Origin: a virus
Direction: 5' to 3' (one strand)
Length of the DNA stretch: 64,000 nucleotides
UHGV virus genome: UHGV-1410950
The notes below the pieces were generated by a model. It did no database searches. It saw nothing but the letters and a program-made list of their open reading frames with translations, and was not told the origin of the DNA. Shown one piece after another: positions 20,247 to 29,280 of this stretch. The first letter of the stretch is position 1, and every line of letters starts with the position of its first letter. Position numbers and translations under genes: made by a program.

Positions 20247-20936
20247 TTACAGGCCAGTGCCCAGCACTTTCGCCAGAATCGCCGGATCAGGCTGATAACC
20301 GTTGCGCAGTGCGCAGTCGATCATGTTCAGCTGCACGCCAGTGATCTTGCCTTCGTTGTATGCAACGTTGGACTTAATCATCAGGTCAGCGCCAGTGATC
20401 TGGGTATCTTCCGGCTGCTCAGTCGTTGCCTGAGTACCTGCCATGGATTTTGCCATCACGACAACCTGAGATTTACGCCCGGCACCCTGAGCGCCTGCAT
20501 TAATCTGGTTCTGCTGCAATGATTTGATCAGCTCGCCCTGAGCAGCGATGGTGTTGCCCATGCGCTCCATCATCTGCATCATCAGCGGGAAACCAGTATT
20601 CAGCGCTTCGTTGGTGCTGTTTACGGATTTTTGCAGGGTTTCCAGCACTTCGGTGGCGTCGATCATCTGCTCACCATTTGCGCCTTCTACCGCAGGCAGA
20701 GATTTAGTCAGATCGGCGTTTTCGCCCTGACCTTTGTTCTCGCCGTTCTCATCTTTGTTCTCGTCGGTGTTTTCACCGGAACCAGCGCCAGCGCCTTCGC
20801 CGTTGTTGGCAGGGGATTCACCCGCAGCCGCCTGGATATTTTTGTCATCCTGAGCGGCTGGAATTGATTTCGCTAAAGTCTCTTTCTGCGTAGCATCGAG
20901 AGTCTGGAGCGTTTCCAGCAGATTTTTAAAGGACAT
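20247..20936 (-). CDS. Scaffolding-like acidic protein (229 aa)
   Basis: Highly acidic and low-complexity (ENTDENKDENGENKGQGEN), lying between the protease/scaffold and capsid genes. Confidence 0.5.
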   Translation of the reverse strand: MSFKNLLETLQTLDATQKETLAKSIPAAQDDKNIQAAAGESPANNGEGAGAGSGENTDENKDENGENKGQGENADLTKSLPAVEGANGEQMIDATEVLETLQKSVNSTNEALNTGFPLMMQMMERMGNTIAAQGELIKSLQQNQINAGAQGAGRKSQVVVMAKSMAGTQATTEQPEDTQITGADLMIKSNVAYNEGKITGVQLNMIDCALRNGYQPDPAILAKVLGTGL

Positions 20937-20939
20937 AAT

Positions 20940-21824
20940 TTAGCCTCTTTGTTGTAAGGAAATATCGCTCAGAAAGCGATGCACCCAAGCAGCCGCCTCG
21001 GATGGCGACATACTAAAGTTTGCGGCGCAGTATTGCGCCAGACCTTCTTCTGAGGTCAGGTAATCGGCGGTGATAGCACCGGAGATTAACGCGACGCTCA
21101 GCTGGTCACGGAACTCGTAATAGCTGATCGGCTGGTTGCTGCCCGTATCAAGCGACTGCACACCAAAGGCACCGCCGCCAGTCAGCTGGCTCATATCGCT
21201 GCAATAAGACGCCTCCAGCGCCTTGCTCAGCACGATCCCGCCCATGGATTTGGTCAGGGTGCCGATAGGAGACAGGGAGGCAGTGCGCAGATGCTGGTTA
21301 ACTGGCGTCTGGGACAGCGCGATATTCGTCCAGCGGACTTTATCGACCATTGTGACTTTTTGCTGGGTTTCCGGGTCTACCTGCACGCTTTTAGCGAGCA
21401 CGGCACCACCGACAGAAGGGTACCAGCGCTGAGGCGGATTAAGCTGCGTCATTGATTCCCAGACCATGTTTGCATTCTCAGCCATCGGGCCAGTGCCCTC
21501 ATACAGCTGCGCTTTTACAAACGTGGTGTTGCCATCGATCTTGACATCGACCGGGCGACCAATTTCGTAGCTTTTGGCTTCTTTGAGCGACATCCCCAGC
21601 TTTTGCCCGATAACGGTAAAGTGGTCAATGTCGATGTTACCGAACTTTAAAAACAGGTCGGTACTCTCAGCGAGGGCCTTAGCCATGATCTTCTCATTCG
21701 TCTGGTCGAGCCCTTCATTGGACGCCTCCAGAAAGATAAAACGCTTCCCGCCCTCGGCTTTCGCGTGGGCTTTGAGCATCATATCCATGCGGATAAGGTT
21801 GTCGGTATTCTCGGTGTCGATCAT
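20940..21824 (-). CDS. Prohead protease / scaffold-like protein (294 aa)
   Basis: Lies between the MuF-like gene and the scaffold. Its C-terminus shares the GGGAFGVQSLDT motif with the capsid N-terminus. Catalytic residues not verified. Confidence 0.4.
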   Translation of the reverse strand: MIDTENTDNLIRMDMMLKAHAKAEGGKRFIFLEASNEGLDQTNEKIMAKALAESTDLFLKFGNIDIDHFTVIGQKLGMSLKEAKSYEIGRPVDVKIDGNTTFVKAQLYEGTGPMAENANMVWESMTQLNPPQRWYPSVGGAVLAKSVQVDPETQQKVTMVDKVRWTNIALSQTPVNQHLRTASLSPIGTLTKSMGGIVLSKALEASYCSDMSQLTGGGAFGVQSLDTGSNQPISYYEFRDQLSVALISGAITADYLTSEEGLAQYCAANFSMSPSEAAAWVHRFLSDISLQQRG

Positions 21825-21877
21825 GGGGTTTGCCCTTTCAAAACATGCTTAAATTCTGCCGTCACGACGCAAATACG

Positions 21878-22981
21878 TCATGCAAGGATTTTTTCGAGCA
21901 GCGCCGCAAAATCAGGATCGTCACCCGGTTGCGCTTTCGTGGTGGACACCCAGCGCCCCCGGCAGTGTGGATGCGCCAGCCCGGCAGGAAGTTGCCAGAG
22001 CTCATCCTCAGATCGCTTCACCAGCTTCCCGGCGACGCGCTTATATGGCGACGCTGAGCGCCCGATATTGTTTTTACCGGGCCAGATCATCGTCGCGGGA
22101 TCCTTGTTGGGGTAATCAGCCGGAACTACCGTGGCGATCTTCCCGTGAATCTTTTTGCAGAATGGGCAGGCGGTGCCGTACATTTCGACGCGCTTCACTT
22201 TTGACATCGGCTCGCACGCGGCGATAAAGCCCTGTAATTGGCACTCGCCAGCCTCTGTGACGGCGATTCGACGCCAGTCCCTGTTCAGCTGCGCGAAGTT
22301 GTCAAAAAGCTCCTGCTGGAGCGCCTGCTGCGTTCCCGGCTGGCCCAGCTGTTTACGCTCCTCGCTGCGCATGATCACACCGCGCATCATCTTCCGGGTG
22401 TTGTCCGCCAGATTGACCACGTTCTCAGCCGCGCGAGCGCTGGCAAAGTCCAGCGTGGTCTTTTCGATTTTGGTCAGCGGTACGCCACCGGACTCCTCTT
22501 TGGTGTTAGGGAGGGCCATCAGCAGCTTGGCGGCGTCGTTAGCCGTCAGCTCTTTCTCCCAGTTAGCCTGGACTTTTCCCAGCAGCGTGGCTTTGGTTGC
22601 CAGCCAGTCGGCTTCCGCGATCAGGACATCCTTCGGCATGTAGGTTTGCACCGTCAGCTCGACGGCGAGAAAATGATCGTCCAGTGTCCACTGATCGAAC
22701 GGCAGCACGCGCAGGTACAGATCCACCAGCTCGCGCTCCTCCTCAGTCCAGACCTGCATCATGCCCACCTGCGGCTTTGGCTGCGGTTTTCCGGCCTTCT
22801 GGTTCTTACCCAGCTCCCACGCCTCAATCGCCTTTCTGACGTTGCCCAGATGCAGCAGGCCGCGCTGGGTGAACAGCTCCACCAGCTTGCGGATAAGCGG
22901 GCTTTCGTGCGGACGCCAGATATCGCCATCTTCGCCACCGCGAATGGCTTTGTGCATGGTCTCCAGCACTTCATTGGTCAC
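21878..22981 (-). CDS. Head morphogenesis protein (Mu gpF / SPP1 gp7 family)
   Basis: 367 aa directly after the portal. Carries the family's C-terminal Cys/His cluster (CPFC...HPHCRC) and has typical size and position. Confidence 0.65.
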   Translation of the reverse strand: MTNEVLETMHKAIRGGEDGDIWRPHESPLIRKLVELFTQRGLLHLGNVRKAIEAWELGKNQKAGKPQPKPQVGMMQVWTEEERELVDLYLRVLPFDQWTLDDHFLAVELTVQTYMPKDVLIAEADWLATKATLLGKVQANWEKELTANDAAKLLMALPNTKEESGGVPLTKIEKTTLDFASARAAENVVNLADNTRKMMRGVIMRSEERKQLGQPGTQQALQQELFDNFAQLNRDWRRIAVTEAGECQLQGFIAACEPMSKVKRVEMYGTACPFCKKIHGKIATVVPADYPNKDPATMIWPGKNNIGRSASPYKRVAGKLVKRSEDELWQLPAGLAHPHCRGRWVSTTKAQPGDDPDFAALLEKILA

Positions 22982-23243
22982 GTATGGCGTGAGCGATGTC
23001 AGATCGAGCGTAATGATGGCGTAGTCTCCTTAAATTAGGTGCCCCCCTTCTGGGAGGGGCGTGCAACCATTCGGCTACCCTTGCGGGCTGGTTGCTGCGT
23101 TCGCTGGCACAGTCACGCAGAGGCCCATCAGCCTCACCCTCAGTCAGCGTGAGGGAGGATTCCCCGGAGGCTCAACCTCCTCCAAGCCCCGGCGACTAGC
23201 GGGGAATGCACAGGTTTGCTTTCGCAATCGGAGCACCAAAAAC

Positions 23244-25055
23244 TTACAGGTCAGGCAGACCAAACGATTTGTAGAGCCCTTCCTCGTCGAGGTTCTGCAA
23301 CGTGTTATGCAGCTCATCGAATTTTTTCTTATTGTCGGCTTGCAGCTGCTCCTGCTCGGCCTGCTGCTGTGCAGCTGCGTCGGCGTCGTCAGGGTTGGCA
23401 GGATCAGCGCCCGGCTCCTCGCCCGGCTGCTGTAGCTCGGCCTGCTGCGCCATCTGCTCGGCCTGAATATCAGCGTTGACCTTAGCCATATAAGGCTGCA
23501 TCGAAACGCTGTTAAGCGGGGAGTTAGCCCAGTCTTCTTTGATTTCTTCCCAGTTGCGAGCGCGGCGTGCTTCGTTGACGGTAAGGAGCGTTTTCTCCTC
23601 GTCCCACGCCTGCTTCGGATCCTTCTCATCCAGACCTGTCCAGCGGAACACGTACTTATCTGAGAAGTCGGAAATGATGTAATCGGTGAATAAGTCCTCG
23701 AAGTGCGACAGCAGCGGTCGCAGGCCCTTATCCTTCGAGTTGATCAGCTTCTCCTCCGTGTCACTGCCGGACAGCGAACTGGTACCAGCAGTGAAGGATT
23801 CGAAGTTGATCTCGTCCGGGGCGATGCCATAAATAGCGCAGATGATCGCGGTTAAGAACGTCATCCATTTGGCAAACATGATCTCGTTAACGTCTACGCC
23901 AAAGTTTTCAAATTTCGCCGTGGATTCCGAAGTTTTGGAAACCATGACGGGCAATGTCCATGCGTTATTGATGCCCTTCACCATGCTATTCCAGTACCGC
24001 TTAAAGGAGTTGAGATCCTCGGTAGAATAGTCGCCGGAGAGATGGAGCAGACCTTTCGGGATGGCGTTCGAGTCGAAATACTTCTGGTTGTACGTCATGG
24101 CGTTCAGGAAGCCCGTGACGGTGTTTACCAGCAGCTCAGTTTCGCTCATCCCGTAACCGCCGTTCAGCACATCGGTGCGGGTGTTGCGCGGAACATAGAT
24201 CAGGTCGTTGTAGGTGTAAGCGGTGCGGATGTTACCCTGCACCACCTGTAATGCGAAAATCTCATCATCGCCCTTGTAGCCGTCCTCAGTACAGAGGCGG
24301 ATCGTGGCACCATCGACGGCATAAAGCCCGTCCATGCCCAGCGAGCGGTTTTTCTTGAATTCGGTCTCAATCGGCGCGGAGTCCATCACCAGCGAGTCGC
24401 GCACCAGCTTGCTCATGAAGCCTGAGAAGTTATCGCGCTTGAGGCGAGCACGCACGCGGGGGTTACTCTCCCAGCCGCAGTTTTGCATGAACATTTGCAG
24501 CGCGTTGATGGAGTCCTGCTCGGCTTTCGCCAGCTTCTGTGAGCCGTTCTGCTCTTTCAGACGGATCTGGAAGCCGGGGCCCACGCCCTTCTCACTGGCG
24601 CGGCAGAAGCGTTTGATCTGGCGGATGCGGGTCATCACCACCGCCGACAGGATTGGCGTCTTGTCCACCATGTAGCGCATGGCATCAAAGCCAAAGTTTG
24701 TCGGACGCTCGTACCAGTCGCCCAGAATCTGCACCTGACGGTCATCCAGCCAGACAGACTGCATACCTTCTTTCTTGCCCTCGCGGACAGCCTGAGAAGG
24801 GTAATCGACCAGCGTATTTTTCTGGAGGGACTTGTAAAATTCCTGATCAGCATATGACTGGGCAATATGCTGAATCAGCGGAGCCAGATCCGGCACGCTG
24901 GAAGGCATTGCAGCTTTCTGCGCTTGCGCCATCGCATCCTGCTGTTCGTCGGCAGGCGCGGCAGGGTTGTGCGCGGTTTGGATGGCGTTGTCAGACATAC
25001 GGTTAACCTTTGCAAAGTAGTCCGCAGAGAGTGACATCACGACATCACGACGCAA
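23244..25055 (-). CDS. Portal protein (about 600 aa)
   Basis: Large ORF at the head of the morphogenesis module. Acidic Gln/Glu-rich C-terminus. The probable true start is the ATG at about 24998 (MSDNAIQ...), which has an RBS. Confidence 0.65.
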   Translation of the reverse strand: MRRDVVMSLSADYFAKVNRMSDNAIQTAHNPAAPADEQQDAMAQAQKAAMPSSVPDLAPLIQHIAQSYADQEFYKSLQKNTLVDYPSQAVREGKKEGMQSVWLDDRQVQILGDWYERPTNFGFDAMRYMVDKTPILSAVVMTRIRQIKRFCRASEKGVGPGFQIRLKEQNGSQKLAKAEQDSINALQMFMQNCGWESNPRVRARLKRDNFSGFMSKLVRDSLVMDSAPIETEFKKNRSLGMDGLYAVDGATIRLCTEDGYKGDDEIFALQVVQGNIRTAYTYNDLIYVPRNTRTDVLNGGYGMSETELLVNTVTGFLNAMTYNQKYFDSNAIPKGLLHLSGDYSTEDLNSFKRYWNSMVKGINNAWTLPVMVSKTSESTAKFENFGVDVNEIMFAKWMTFLTAIICAIYGIAPDEINFESFTAGTSSLSGSDTEEKLINSKDKGLRPLLSHFEDLFTDYIISDFSDKYVFRWTGLDEKDPKQAWDEEKTLLTVNEARRARNWEEIKEDWANSPLNSVSMQPYMAKVNADIQAEQMAQQAELQQPGEEPGADPANPDDADAAAQQQAEQEQLQADNKKKFDELHNTLQNLDEEGLYKSFGLPDL

Positions 25056-25071
25056 AATAATTTAAATACCC

Positions 25072-25100
25072 TCTTGCTATCATCTTTTTTGCGTGCTTTA
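25072..25100 (+). promoter_or_regulatory. Sigma70-like promoter for the plus-strand tRNA transcription unit (approximate coordinates)
   Basis: TTGCTA, then a 17-nt spacer, then TTTAAT. Reads into a roughly 350-nt leader and the tRNA elements. Confidence 0.35.
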
Positions 25101-25451
25101 ATCCATCCCGTAGCGCTGATTGGGATGTTTTCCGATATTGAAATTTAACTTAGAAAGTTAATGTCAGTTATGGGACGGAAAGCATCAACCAATGAGCGCT
25201 TGGCTTTGACTACTCAATACGGATTTGTCGTTATTTCGCGTATACGGTTGTCAAGTGCTCAGCCAAATCCGATAAACCGGGTAGATCGATTCAGACGGCT
25301 AAGTGGAGCCTGACGATGAAAGCGCCGGATGAGGATGGCGAATGGCAAGCTACTGGCCTGACTTAATCTCTTTCAAAGTAAAGAGTAAATCTGGGCGGCG
25401 ATAGTCCATAGAATCAATATCGCAATCGGGTGAAAATCCCGTTCAAATTCT

Positions 25452-25581
25452 ACCGATTAGTGACGATGAAAGGGGCCTTCGCGATCCCCAAGTAATTGGC
25501 AGGTTGCCTTAGGTCACAAGCCGCAGCGGAGATTGCAAGCGAAGCTGTAGGATAGAGGTTCGACTCCTCTGATCGGTGCCA
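25452..25581 (+). ncRNA. tRNA 3'-half-like element (T-arm + acceptor 3' strand + CCA), degenerate
   Basis: AGAGG-TTCGACT-CCTCT T-arm followed by GATCGGT, G and CCA. A 7-nt complementary strand ACCGATT lies about 125 nt upstream, but the intervening sequence does not form canonical D or anticodon arms. Confidence 0.3.
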
Positions 25582-25723
25582 TTTTTGCGGTTACACAAGT
25601 GTGCAGATAGCGTGACGAGGAAAGGCGTTCCGTGCGACGCTGGAGGCGATGGTAGGGTAAGCACCCTCTCCTATGACTCACGACTCAACCTCTCCGGGTA
25701 ACGACCGGAGCCGCAAAACAGAT

Positions 25724-25847
25724 TGAAGCGTAGCTCATTGGCAGAGCAGCACACGGATGCGGATCCGCGCCAGCACAAGGCTCCTTCGGGGTGTGCCGCT
25801 GGCTCCAGAAGTGTATGTAACTGGTTCGATCCCAGTCGCTTCAACCA
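25724..25847 (+). tRNA. tRNA-Trp(CCA)-like gene interrupted by a 49-nt insertion (about 25754-25802)
   Basis: Perfect 7-bp acceptor stem (TGAAGCG/CGCTTCA), U8, canonical D-arm (GCTC-ATTGGCA-GAGC), T-arm ACTGG-TTCGATC-CCAGT, discriminator A and CCA. The 3' anticodon side is canonically spaced: loop CTCCAGA (U33, anticodon CCA, close to E. coli tRNA-Trp CUCCAAA), a 4-bp stem pairing with GCACA, and a 5-nt variable loop. With 49 nt removed the gene is 75 nt long. Confidence 0.4.
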
Positions 25848-25851
25848 TTTT

Positions 25852-25927
25852 GATTCTGTAGCTACAGCGGTAGAGCGGCGCACTGTTAATGCGCGGGTCG
25901 CTGGTTCGAATCCAGCCAGAATCGCCA
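25852..25927 (+). tRNA. tRNA-Asn (anticodon GUU), phage-encoded
   Basis: 76 nt with a 7-bp acceptor stem (GATTCTG/CAGAATC), anticodon stem GCGCA/TGCGC with loop CTGTTAA, T-arm GCTGG-TTCGAAT-CCAGC, discriminator G and encoded CCA. Its sequence differs from the E. coli asn tRNAs. It follows the Trp-like gene after a 4-nt spacer. Confidence 0.85.
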
Positions 25928-26092
25928 GAGTAATCATGGGTTGGTTACAAGCCTGTCAGAAGGCAATCCCGCCCCGGCTTCTCCTCAGGTCGCCGGGGCA
26001 CCTTCCCAGAATTAAGGGCAGTCCCTTACTTCTGCGTCGGTAAGAGCGGAGAATCAGGAAATTTCGACCGTAGTACCAAAACATTGCTTCCT

Positions 26093-26121
26093 TGCCGCCC
26101 CCGTGGGCGGCTTTTTTTTAG
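26093..26121 (+). terminator. Intrinsic terminator closing the tRNA unit (approximate coordinates)
   Basis: GCCGCCC-CCGT-GGGCGGC followed by T8. Confidence 0.6.
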
Positions 26122-26136
26122 CCTGAGGAGTAACCC

Positions 26137-26664
26137 ATGAATATCTTTCGCCGCATCCTGAATAAAATCTTTGGCATCCCACCAGTGCCACCAGAGCCGA
26201 AGATCGAGCCGCCAAAGTTCGGCGGTGATTTCCCGCGCCCGGTCTCCGTCACCATGAAGGCTACTCAGACCGTCAAGCAGGATCCGATGGCTGCGGCGGT
26301 CGCCCGTGCAAAAAGGGACGCGGAGAAAACTGCCGTAAAAGGCAACGTCAGCAGCGCGAGCAGCAGCTCCACCACACGCCCGGCATATGATCCACTCATG
26401 GATCCACTTAACCCGTTAAGCCCGCTATATGTTGGCGTAACAGTTGAGGAGCCGCGCCACCGCGTACAGCATCAGGAGGCGACGACGATCAGCGATACCA
26501 CGCACCGACACGTTGCCAGCCATTCTGAGCCAGTACGCAGCCACAGCTCACACAGCAGCAGCCATTCGAGCCATGACTATGGCAGCAGCCACTCAAGCCA
26601 CAGCAGCCACGACAGCGGCAGCTATGACCACGGCAGCAGCCACCATAGCGGCAGCGACTGGTAA
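26137..26664 (+). CDS. Hypothetical His/Ser-rich protein (175 aa)
   Basis: GAGGAG RBS 7 nt before the ATG. Proline-rich N-terminal half and a C-terminal SHSSHSSHSSHD low-complexity tail. Convergent with the terminase gene, with stop codons abutting. Confidence 0.5.
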   Translation: MNIFRRILNKIFGIPPVPPEPKIEPPKFGGDFPRPVSVTMKATQTVKQDPMAAAVARAKRDAEKTAVKGNVSSASSSSTTRPAYDPLMDPLNPLSPLYVGVTVEEPRHRVQHQEATTISDTTHRHVASHSEPVRSHSSHSSSHSSHDYGSSHSSHSSHDSGSYDHGSSHHSGSDW

Positions 26665-29280
26665 TTAGTCGTCACCTTTCGAAATGAAGCCGGAGCAGCC
26701 AATATCCTCCGGCTTCACCTGCATCATGATCTCATGGCAGGATCTGGTCTCCGGGTCGTAGTTCACACAGCGCCCGCAAACATCCCCGCGATACTTCACG
26801 CTGTTCACCTCCTCCATGTAGCTCACCAGCGTCTGATCGACGCCGATATCCAGCGGACTCAGGCGCTCGATCTTCACCTGCGGTGCATCCGGCAGAATAA
26901 ACGTACTGGTGCCATGGGCGCGGCTCCATGCGACATCGCATAGCAGGTTTGCGTAGGAGAAGTGGGGATCGATGCCGATTTTCTTCACGCTGCGCTTGTA
27001 CTGGTTCGTTTCCTCGTCCTTCTCAGCCACCAGCGCCGTTTTGGTGAAGTGCGTGAACATTACCGGGGCCACGGCTTCCACGCGCGTGACGCCCTTCTCA
27101 CGAATCTCCTGCACCAGCCCCTGAGGGTCTGGGATGAGGCAGATTGGCTCGTCGGCAGTGAAGCGGGCCATGGAGACCTGCATACACTTATACTGGTCAA
27201 TGCGGACGGTGTAGCGATCCTGTTCGTTCTCGTCGGTGCGCACATCGGACTTGTCCAGCTTCATGCTGTCATTCCACTGGATCATGCCATCCGCTACAGT
27301 ACCGAAGCTATTACAGATGAATACCCGGCCTTTGTGACGGTTGGCGAAGCGTTTGGCGTCGTTGTAGTTCGGGTTGATTTCCACCACGCAGCAAGCCACG
27401 CCGTACTGATTCATCAGCTCGCTACAACGGGCAAACGGATCCTCGCTGTAAATCATTTCGATGTGGACAATCGCTTGGTGCCCGGAGGGCAGTCGCTCCT
27501 TGATAACCACCACGTTAAACTGGCCCATCTGGTCAATACCCATGTAGCAGTTATCTGCGCGGGACTTCCACTGCACGCCGAAACGCAGACCATGCTTAAC
27601 GCAATTTGCCAGGTGTTCCAGCGTTACCGGAACCAGCGACGGATCGAGGAACGGCTTGCCCAGTTTACGGTTATAGAAGTTTTTCATATCCGTAGCGTTG
27701 TTGAAGGCGGAAATAATCTCGCCGGGGCTGATTGTCGGTGACAGGAACTGCGGAAAGTGCGCCGACCGGATGCACATTTCCCCTTCCTCATTCTCCGGCG
27801 CATCCGGGATCCATTCCCCGCGCTGCGTGTCCTCAATCCAGCCTCCGCAGCTGTAGCAGACATATCGGTGGCGTCTGGTGTCCGGGTCGTACTTAATGCA
27901 CTGCGGGAAATAGTCATCCAGCGGTTTCTTTTCGAGGCAGTGCGGGCACTCGGTATGGAAACGGTACTGGGATCCCAGCTTGTACCAGTGGTGGATATCG
28001 GAGTCGGGCCAGTTGGCGGTGGAGCCCATCAGGCTGTAACGGATCGGGGATGCAGACAGACGCTCACGCGTTTTCTCCATCTGCTCCAGTGACATTTCCT
28101 GCACCTCATCGAAGCTCAGGACATCCATCGGGATGGATTCGGTAGTCGCGCGGCCCGATGTCCAGCTGAATACAAACATGGCCTCACCGATGCGACGGGT
28201 ACGCACGTTACCCTCGCCTTTCTTGCGACCGCCGCCTTTCTCATCGTCCTGCACCATGAGCGCATGTACCTCAGGTACGGTGCGCACAATCGGCATGAAG
28301 CGCTCGGAGGACTTGATCCCCGCCAGCGCGGCATCCGGCAAGAACATGCCGATAGTCATCGGTTGGAAGCGCAGGCCAAGGTAAATAACAGCGAGCATTT
28401 CCATGACGGTAAAGCCCACCTGCGCACACTTCATCAGCACCAGCGTTTTACGGTATGCCTCCTCGACGGTGCTGGGGATCTGGTCATAAATCCACGCCAT
28501 CGCCGGGCGGTTATCCAGCTTGAACGGGCGACCATCCACTTTGAGGCCCGTTTCGCCCAGCCGGATGCACCACTCCAGAAAGGTCTCGTTTGGCTTGAGG
28601 ATTTTCTGGGAAGCGGTCAGTACAAAGGTCGTATCGAGGAATTCAGCATCATAGCGCTGGCGCTTCTCATCCCCGGTCGTGCTGTCCATTTTCTCCAGGA
28701 ATGCCGCGTCGAGGTTGTGGCGGTTGGTCTCGGTCGGCACGCGGCGTCGGAACCAGTCAGGATCCAGCTCGGCTTCCATCCACAGGCGATAAAAGTCGTG
28801 ATTCTTCCCGTAGGCACCGGACAGGAACCATGCACTGCCGTGGTATTCGCGCAGGCACTCAGCCAGCGTGTCACCCCAGATCTGCATGAAGTTGTAAATC
28901 TCGCGCACGTCATCAACGATCATCAGGCCATACTGCCCGTTGACCTCTTTCATGCTATCAGCCGCATAAAGATCAATGTACTGGCCCGACAGCAACGTGA
29001 TTCGCCTGCTGGTTGAGCTCTTGATGAGCGGATCGATGGCCTGCACGATACGCGTGCGCACCTCCATGAGGTCTTTATACGTGGCGCTCATCCACATCGC
29101 CGGGGCAGGGTTATTCATGATGCCCTGTTTACCAGCCACCAGAGCCTCTATGCCAAGCGTTGTCTTTCCGGCCTTCTCGCCCATGGCAATAACGTTAAAA
29201 CGCGCTGCACGGTCGATACAGGTTTGCAGCGCCTCGTTCAGAATGGGTAATTTGATTTTGATGGTTTTTTGACGAGCCAT
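26665..29280 (-). CDS. Terminase large subunit (lambda GpA-like) with about 200-aa C-terminal extension
   Basis: 871 aa. N-terminal Walker-A-like GEKAGKT. Central zinc-finger region (HTECPHCLEKK...YVCYSCGGW) resembles gpA's CPHCGEEQ...LCEHNAC. A further Cys cluster lies at the C-terminus (CGRCVNYDPETRSCHE). Confidence 0.75.
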   Translation of the reverse strand: MARQKTIKIKLPILNEALQTCIDRAARFNVIAMGEKAGKTTLGIEALVAGKQGIMNNPAPAMWMSATYKDLMEVRTRIVQAIDPLIKSSTSRRITLLSGQYIDLYAADSMKEVNGQYGLMIVDDVREIYNFMQIWGDTLAECLREYHGSAWFLSGAYGKNHDFYRLWMEAELDPDWFRRRVPTETNRHNLDAAFLEKMDSTTGDEKRQRYDAEFLDTTFVLTASQKILKPNETFLEWCIRLGETGLKVDGRPFKLDNRPAMAWIYDQIPSTVEEAYRKTLVLMKCAQVGFTVMEMLAVIYLGLRFQPMTIGMFLPDAALAGIKSSERFMPIVRTVPEVHALMVQDDEKGGGRKKGEGNVRTRRIGEAMFVFSWTSGRATTESIPMDVLSFDEVQEMSLEQMEKTRERLSASPIRYSLMGSTANWPDSDIHHWYKLGSQYRFHTECPHCLEKKPLDDYFPQCIKYDPDTRRHRYVCYSCGGWIEDTQRGEWIPDAPENEEGEMCIRSAHFPQFLSPTISPGEIISAFNNATDMKNFYNRKLGKPFLDPSLVPVTLEHLANCVKHGLRFGVQWKSRADNCYMGIDQMGQFNVVVIKERLPSGHQAIVHIEMIYSEDPFARCSELMNQYGVACCVVEINPNYNDAKRFANRHKGRVFICNSFGTVADGMIQWNDSMKLDKSDVRTDENEQDRYTVRIDQYKCMQVSMARFTADEPICLIPDPQGLVQEIREKGVTRVEAVAPVMFTHFTKTALVAEKDEETNQYKRSVKKIGIDPHFSYANLLCDVAWSRAHGTSTFILPDAPQVKIERLSPLDIGVDQTLVSYMEEVNSVKYRGDVCGRCVNYDPETRSCHEIMMQVKPEDIGCSGFISKGDD

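Noticed and set aside
25452-25847. Possibility that the tRNA-like elements together form a tmRNA
   Set aside because: The two acceptor pairings are independent and each sits next to its own T-arm. There is no tag-peptide reading frame or pseudoknot pattern. Total length and layout do not fit SsrA.
25852-25927. tRNA-Asn as a host tRNA and prophage integration site (attL/attR)
   Set aside because: The sequence differs substantially from enterobacterial asn tRNAs. It is embedded mid-genome between terminase and portal, with no integrase or flanking direct repeats visible in the window.
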